The translations under genes were made by a program, and so were the position numbers. The notes beneath the pieces are model-generated. The model had not been told where the DNA came from. It saw nothing but the letters and a program-made list of their open reading frames with translations, and did not search any database. From Mytilus trossulus (lineage: Eukaryota): 64,000 nt of DNA. Of the stretch, positions 51,709 through 64,000 are shown piece after piece. Each line of letters begins with the position of its first letter. Positions within the stretch are counted from its first letter, which is position 1. The stretch covers positions 25,730,001 through 25,794,000 of the forward strand of contig NC_086386.1 of the NCBI RefSeq assembly GCF_036588685.1, read 5' to 3'.

Positions 51709-54444
51709 AAATGAGCCTTAGTCATTTATACGAGATTCAAATCCTACAATTAGCATGTTAACATGGTTAATATGGCTCTCAAAGGGAAAAGCACTGATGG
51801 ATTGTTCTAGAAGCACATATTTTATTAGAACAATAATGGTCTATAAGTAGTTTCATTTATTTTGTGTTTGAAGCGGTGCAAATTTTTAATTTAATTTGAC
51901 TTTTCCCAAAAAATGCATTGTAGCAAAGGCGAAGAATGATTGTAGTATAAGGCCAGAAACACAAAAATAATTGAATTCAAAAGAAAGGAAACAAAACGGA
52001 CTTTGGAAAAAAGGGAGAGGGCTTTTGATACCTTATATGAAATTCTCCAGTCATAATATCTTTTATAAAAAAAAAATCACCCTACAACAGTTTACAAGCT
52101 GTATATGCCCCCGATTTCGCGGGTGTGTTCTAGTGTAATTAAATCTAACGAGAGCTTTCGTCAATAGATCAACAAATTCGCATGCGAATTAGTTAAAATA
52201 TATTTTCGATTTTGTCTGACATGTTGACAAAAAACGAACATACCTACAAACAGACAACGGTATATAATAATAACCATAACACGCTATTAAAAGGGCGTAT
52301 ACAAATAATTTGGTCCTAATTATCAACGAAAAATAAATAGTTGTTGAAATAAGTATTCAGTGCAGTGAATCATGTATCGTAAAAATCATTACTTTTCATA
52401 TGCGACATTTTGACTGAGTATGGATTCATATAGAGCGTTAGATGCATGCATACTTATATTGTCGACGCACCCGTTTTTTGTTTGTTTCTTTGATTTGTCT
52501 CTTCCCAATTGATTGACAAGATTTGAACATCGTTAAACTGCTGTCATCTTAGATTTCCAAGAGAAACGACCTGATTGTAAAATAACAATCAATTCAAATA
52601 CGTAGATGACTGTATATTTGTAAGAGAAACTTTGTGAACTCTGCTGTTCAAACATTGTGCTTTGCTCGTTCCTGATGAAGGTAACTTACGAAAATCGCAT
52701 CGGAAGCATGACATTTATTTAGTTCCAATTCTAAAAAATATCTTCTTAATGGTAAATGCATGTGATTTTATAAAGAATCACTAGTTTGATAGTAATATCA
52801 CATAGCAAAGAGGGTTTGAAAAATTGTCTTAATACATTCAGTAATGATTGTTTCTTTTGGAAATTACAAGCAAATATTGGGAAATCAAAAGCAATAGTTT
52901 TCAATTCAAATGGAAAGTCAATTTTTAACAAATTTTATTATAAAAATCCTTAGAAACAATAAGTAAGTACTCTCACTTCGCTTCCAAATAAAAAAAAACA
53001 ACAATTTGATTAGATAGCCCTAGTACACTTCTAGAAACACTTGTTGATACTTCAGTAGCCCCGATTTTCTTAATTGTAGCAAAATCTCGTGAATTATTTC
53101 GACCTTTAAGACGCTCATACCAGGAAAAGTTATATTTAAAATTAATTAAAGAAGTCTTGGGGTACACTGTTTTAAAGGCCTCGAATGAAGCACGTCGTTC
53201 CAAACTTGCCCACCTGCCTTTATATAAATAGCACATAGCTGAGAGCAAATTGTTACTCCGAGAAAAAATGCCCACTATTTTACAGAATAAACTTGTAACG
53301 ACTTATATCCTTTTTAATACTCAACCACGATAACATGTATAATAGAAACTCCAATATTGTAAATTGCAAGTGCATCTGCTATCATGGTTAAATTACAAAT
53401 ATATATATATATAAATCGATGTGTTCAACGAGCAAAAATGGGCCCTTAAATTCATTAAAAGAGGACATAGGCCTCAACATTTTCAGTAAGCTGGAAGTGA
53501 AGGAAACAGTAGCCAGAATTCAAAAGATTGAGTACTCTAAGACTTGGAATATCATTCCACAGTCTTATTTTTATTTAATCGAAGTTGGCTTTCAAACTTT
53601 CATAGTGTATGGCTGTTGTGACAACTACCACGCCCATGTTTGCATTCAATTTAATTTTGGTCGGTTGCGGACATTTTATTTACGAGATGTATACATTTAA
53701 TAATTGGTAATGATTGGTGTATATTTCTGCTTTATTTCTTACTTAAGCAAACTAGCTGTTAAAATTTACCCAGTCCATCTTTTTCATTAGGAATCCTTGT
53801 CTTCTACACATTGTAACACATTGAAAAACAATAATTGTAAAAAATGTTTCACCTCTTTGCTGTTGCTTTCCCTTTTGATTTATTATTTATTACATGCATT
53901 TAAGTTGTTCAACTTGCCATTCGAGTTATGTATAAATAGCGGCCTTATTCATTGGGTCATTATCGAACATATTAAATTTATTACATCGAGTAATTAAAGG
54001 TATTTTTTGGAAATGTGGATTAATGTTTCGTCTAAAACTCCAGCAAACCTATCGCATCATTCCTAAAACTTAGGACTATTATTCTAACTTTAAGTAAAAT
54101 AGTCCCAGAAAAAAAAACATAAGCTCAAAAAGGGCTACTGTCTAACCACTTTTTCACTTAAAGTTACATACTATGATTCTAGAAATATGCTTGGAAAATC
54201 CAACTTATTACAGCACACATATGATTTGCAAAAACGCCAAGTCAGCTACAATGTATGAAGCTATTCGGAAGTTTTAGTTTAAATGATGTCAACCATAGAA
54301 ATGTTTATTTTATTTTTCGTTTCAATACATTTAAAGTACAATAATCGACATACTAAAAAAAGTAATTCAAAACCTCCTTTTTCGAAGGTCAAGATGTTAT
54401 ATTGGATTTCATACTAACATTTGACGTAAACAAAAATTGAAGTA

Positions 54445-63094
<8,650 letters not shown>

Positions 63095-63361
63095 GTAAGA
63101 CATTGTGTTTACAATATACGAGATGAATAACAGTTATGTTTCATAATATAAATATGTAACACTATATGCTGTACAAAGCTGTATTATAGTTTTCCTGGGC
63201 TATAAGAAGATCGAAATAACCCCAAGGTTGTTTTTGCGTGCCTCTTTCATTTGTAGGGACTTTTTTGATTCGGAAAGTTGAGCTGAATTTTAAGATGCAT
63301 GTGATATATTCTAGAGATCATATATAATGTGTACAAACTTTAACTATATGACGAGCAAATG

Positions 63362-63530
63362 AACTCATCATAGATACCAGGAGTAAATTTTGTATATACG
63401 CCAGACGCGCGTTGCGTCTATAAAACACTCATCAGTGACGCTCGAATCCAAAAAAGTTAAAAATGCCAAATAAAGTTCGAAGTTGAAGAGCATTGAGAAC
63501 CAAAATTCCTAAAAGTTTTGCCAAAAACAG
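63362..63530 (-). repeat. Hammerhead-bearing repeat H1 (motif 63398-63441, GAAA mutated to GCAA)
   Basis: Reverse complement of ~30335-30503. Confidence 0.85.
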
Positions 63531-64000
63531 TGCAATTTTCCAATTTGTTTTTTTTATTTATTTAGGCATCAAAAAAACAAATTGACCAAAATAAAGGGAG
63601 GTGGACACATTTAACCAGGATTAATAGCAAATCAAACTTTATGTAATTCACGTTTTCTTAGATCTTTGATTTAAAAAAAATCTCTCTCGAGCACACATTT
63701 ATGCATTGCATCGAAACTGTATTATAAAAAAAGCTACAATTCTTGTCACATGTTTTTATATAAACAAATGTGTTTGTCTATGTCTTACTAAATGTAAAAC
63801 CTTATAACCAAAAATATCTTTTTTAAATAATAGAAGGCTTTAAACTCATTGAAGATACCATTATTAGAATAAGTAAAATTCAACCAAACAAACCTTTATT
63901 TGAGCTTCGGTTAACAAATAATGTTAATGTTGAATGGCTGCAGAAAGTAAATTTTACCATTTTTATTATTTAACTTTCTTATCACTTTTTGTAATAGAAA

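Noticed and set aside
54400-54430. ATTGG and TGACGTAA (CCAAT/CRE-like) just upstream of the ADH ATG
   Set aside because: Short motifs expected by chance; the transcription start is unknown and they may lie in the 5' UTR
63837-63946. Possible ADH exon 10 (GFKLIEDTIIRISKIQPNKPLFELRLTNNVNVEWLQK), in phase and weakly alignable to GWKS...THNL
   Set aside because: It lacks the conserved Pro and TH residues, is far more diverged than the other exons, has a weak acceptor, and its length and end phase differ from the usual exon. The true exon probably lies beyond the window; RNA-seq would decide.

Overview
AT-rich, intron-rich animal genomic DNA, most likely a bivalve of the Mytilus type (inferred from the repeat landscape, not proven). 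I assembled three spliced genes by hand from GT-AG sites and reading phase. (1) A complete 8-exon minus-strand gene (42651->25149, 403 aa): signal peptide, two C-type lectin domains (the second with EPN), an S/T-rich stalk and an unrecognised Cys-rich tail. (2) The first three exons of a tandem paralogue (8485->74, continuing off the window). (3) The first nine exons of a plus-strand zinc-dependent alcohol dehydrogenase (54445->63094) with a class-III/ADH5 scaffold that has lost the class-III glutathione-binding signature residues. Introns and intergenic DNA are packed with Penelope-like retroelement fragments, MITEs, an L2 fragment and a ~3 kb palindromic element. Many retroelement fragments carry self-cleaving ribozyme motifs: type-P5 twister motifs in at least two or three families, showing covariation, and minimal type-I hammerheads in three families. 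Almost all ORFs in the supplied track are spurious or are exon read-throughs. Repeat boundaries are approximate and family labels are my own.
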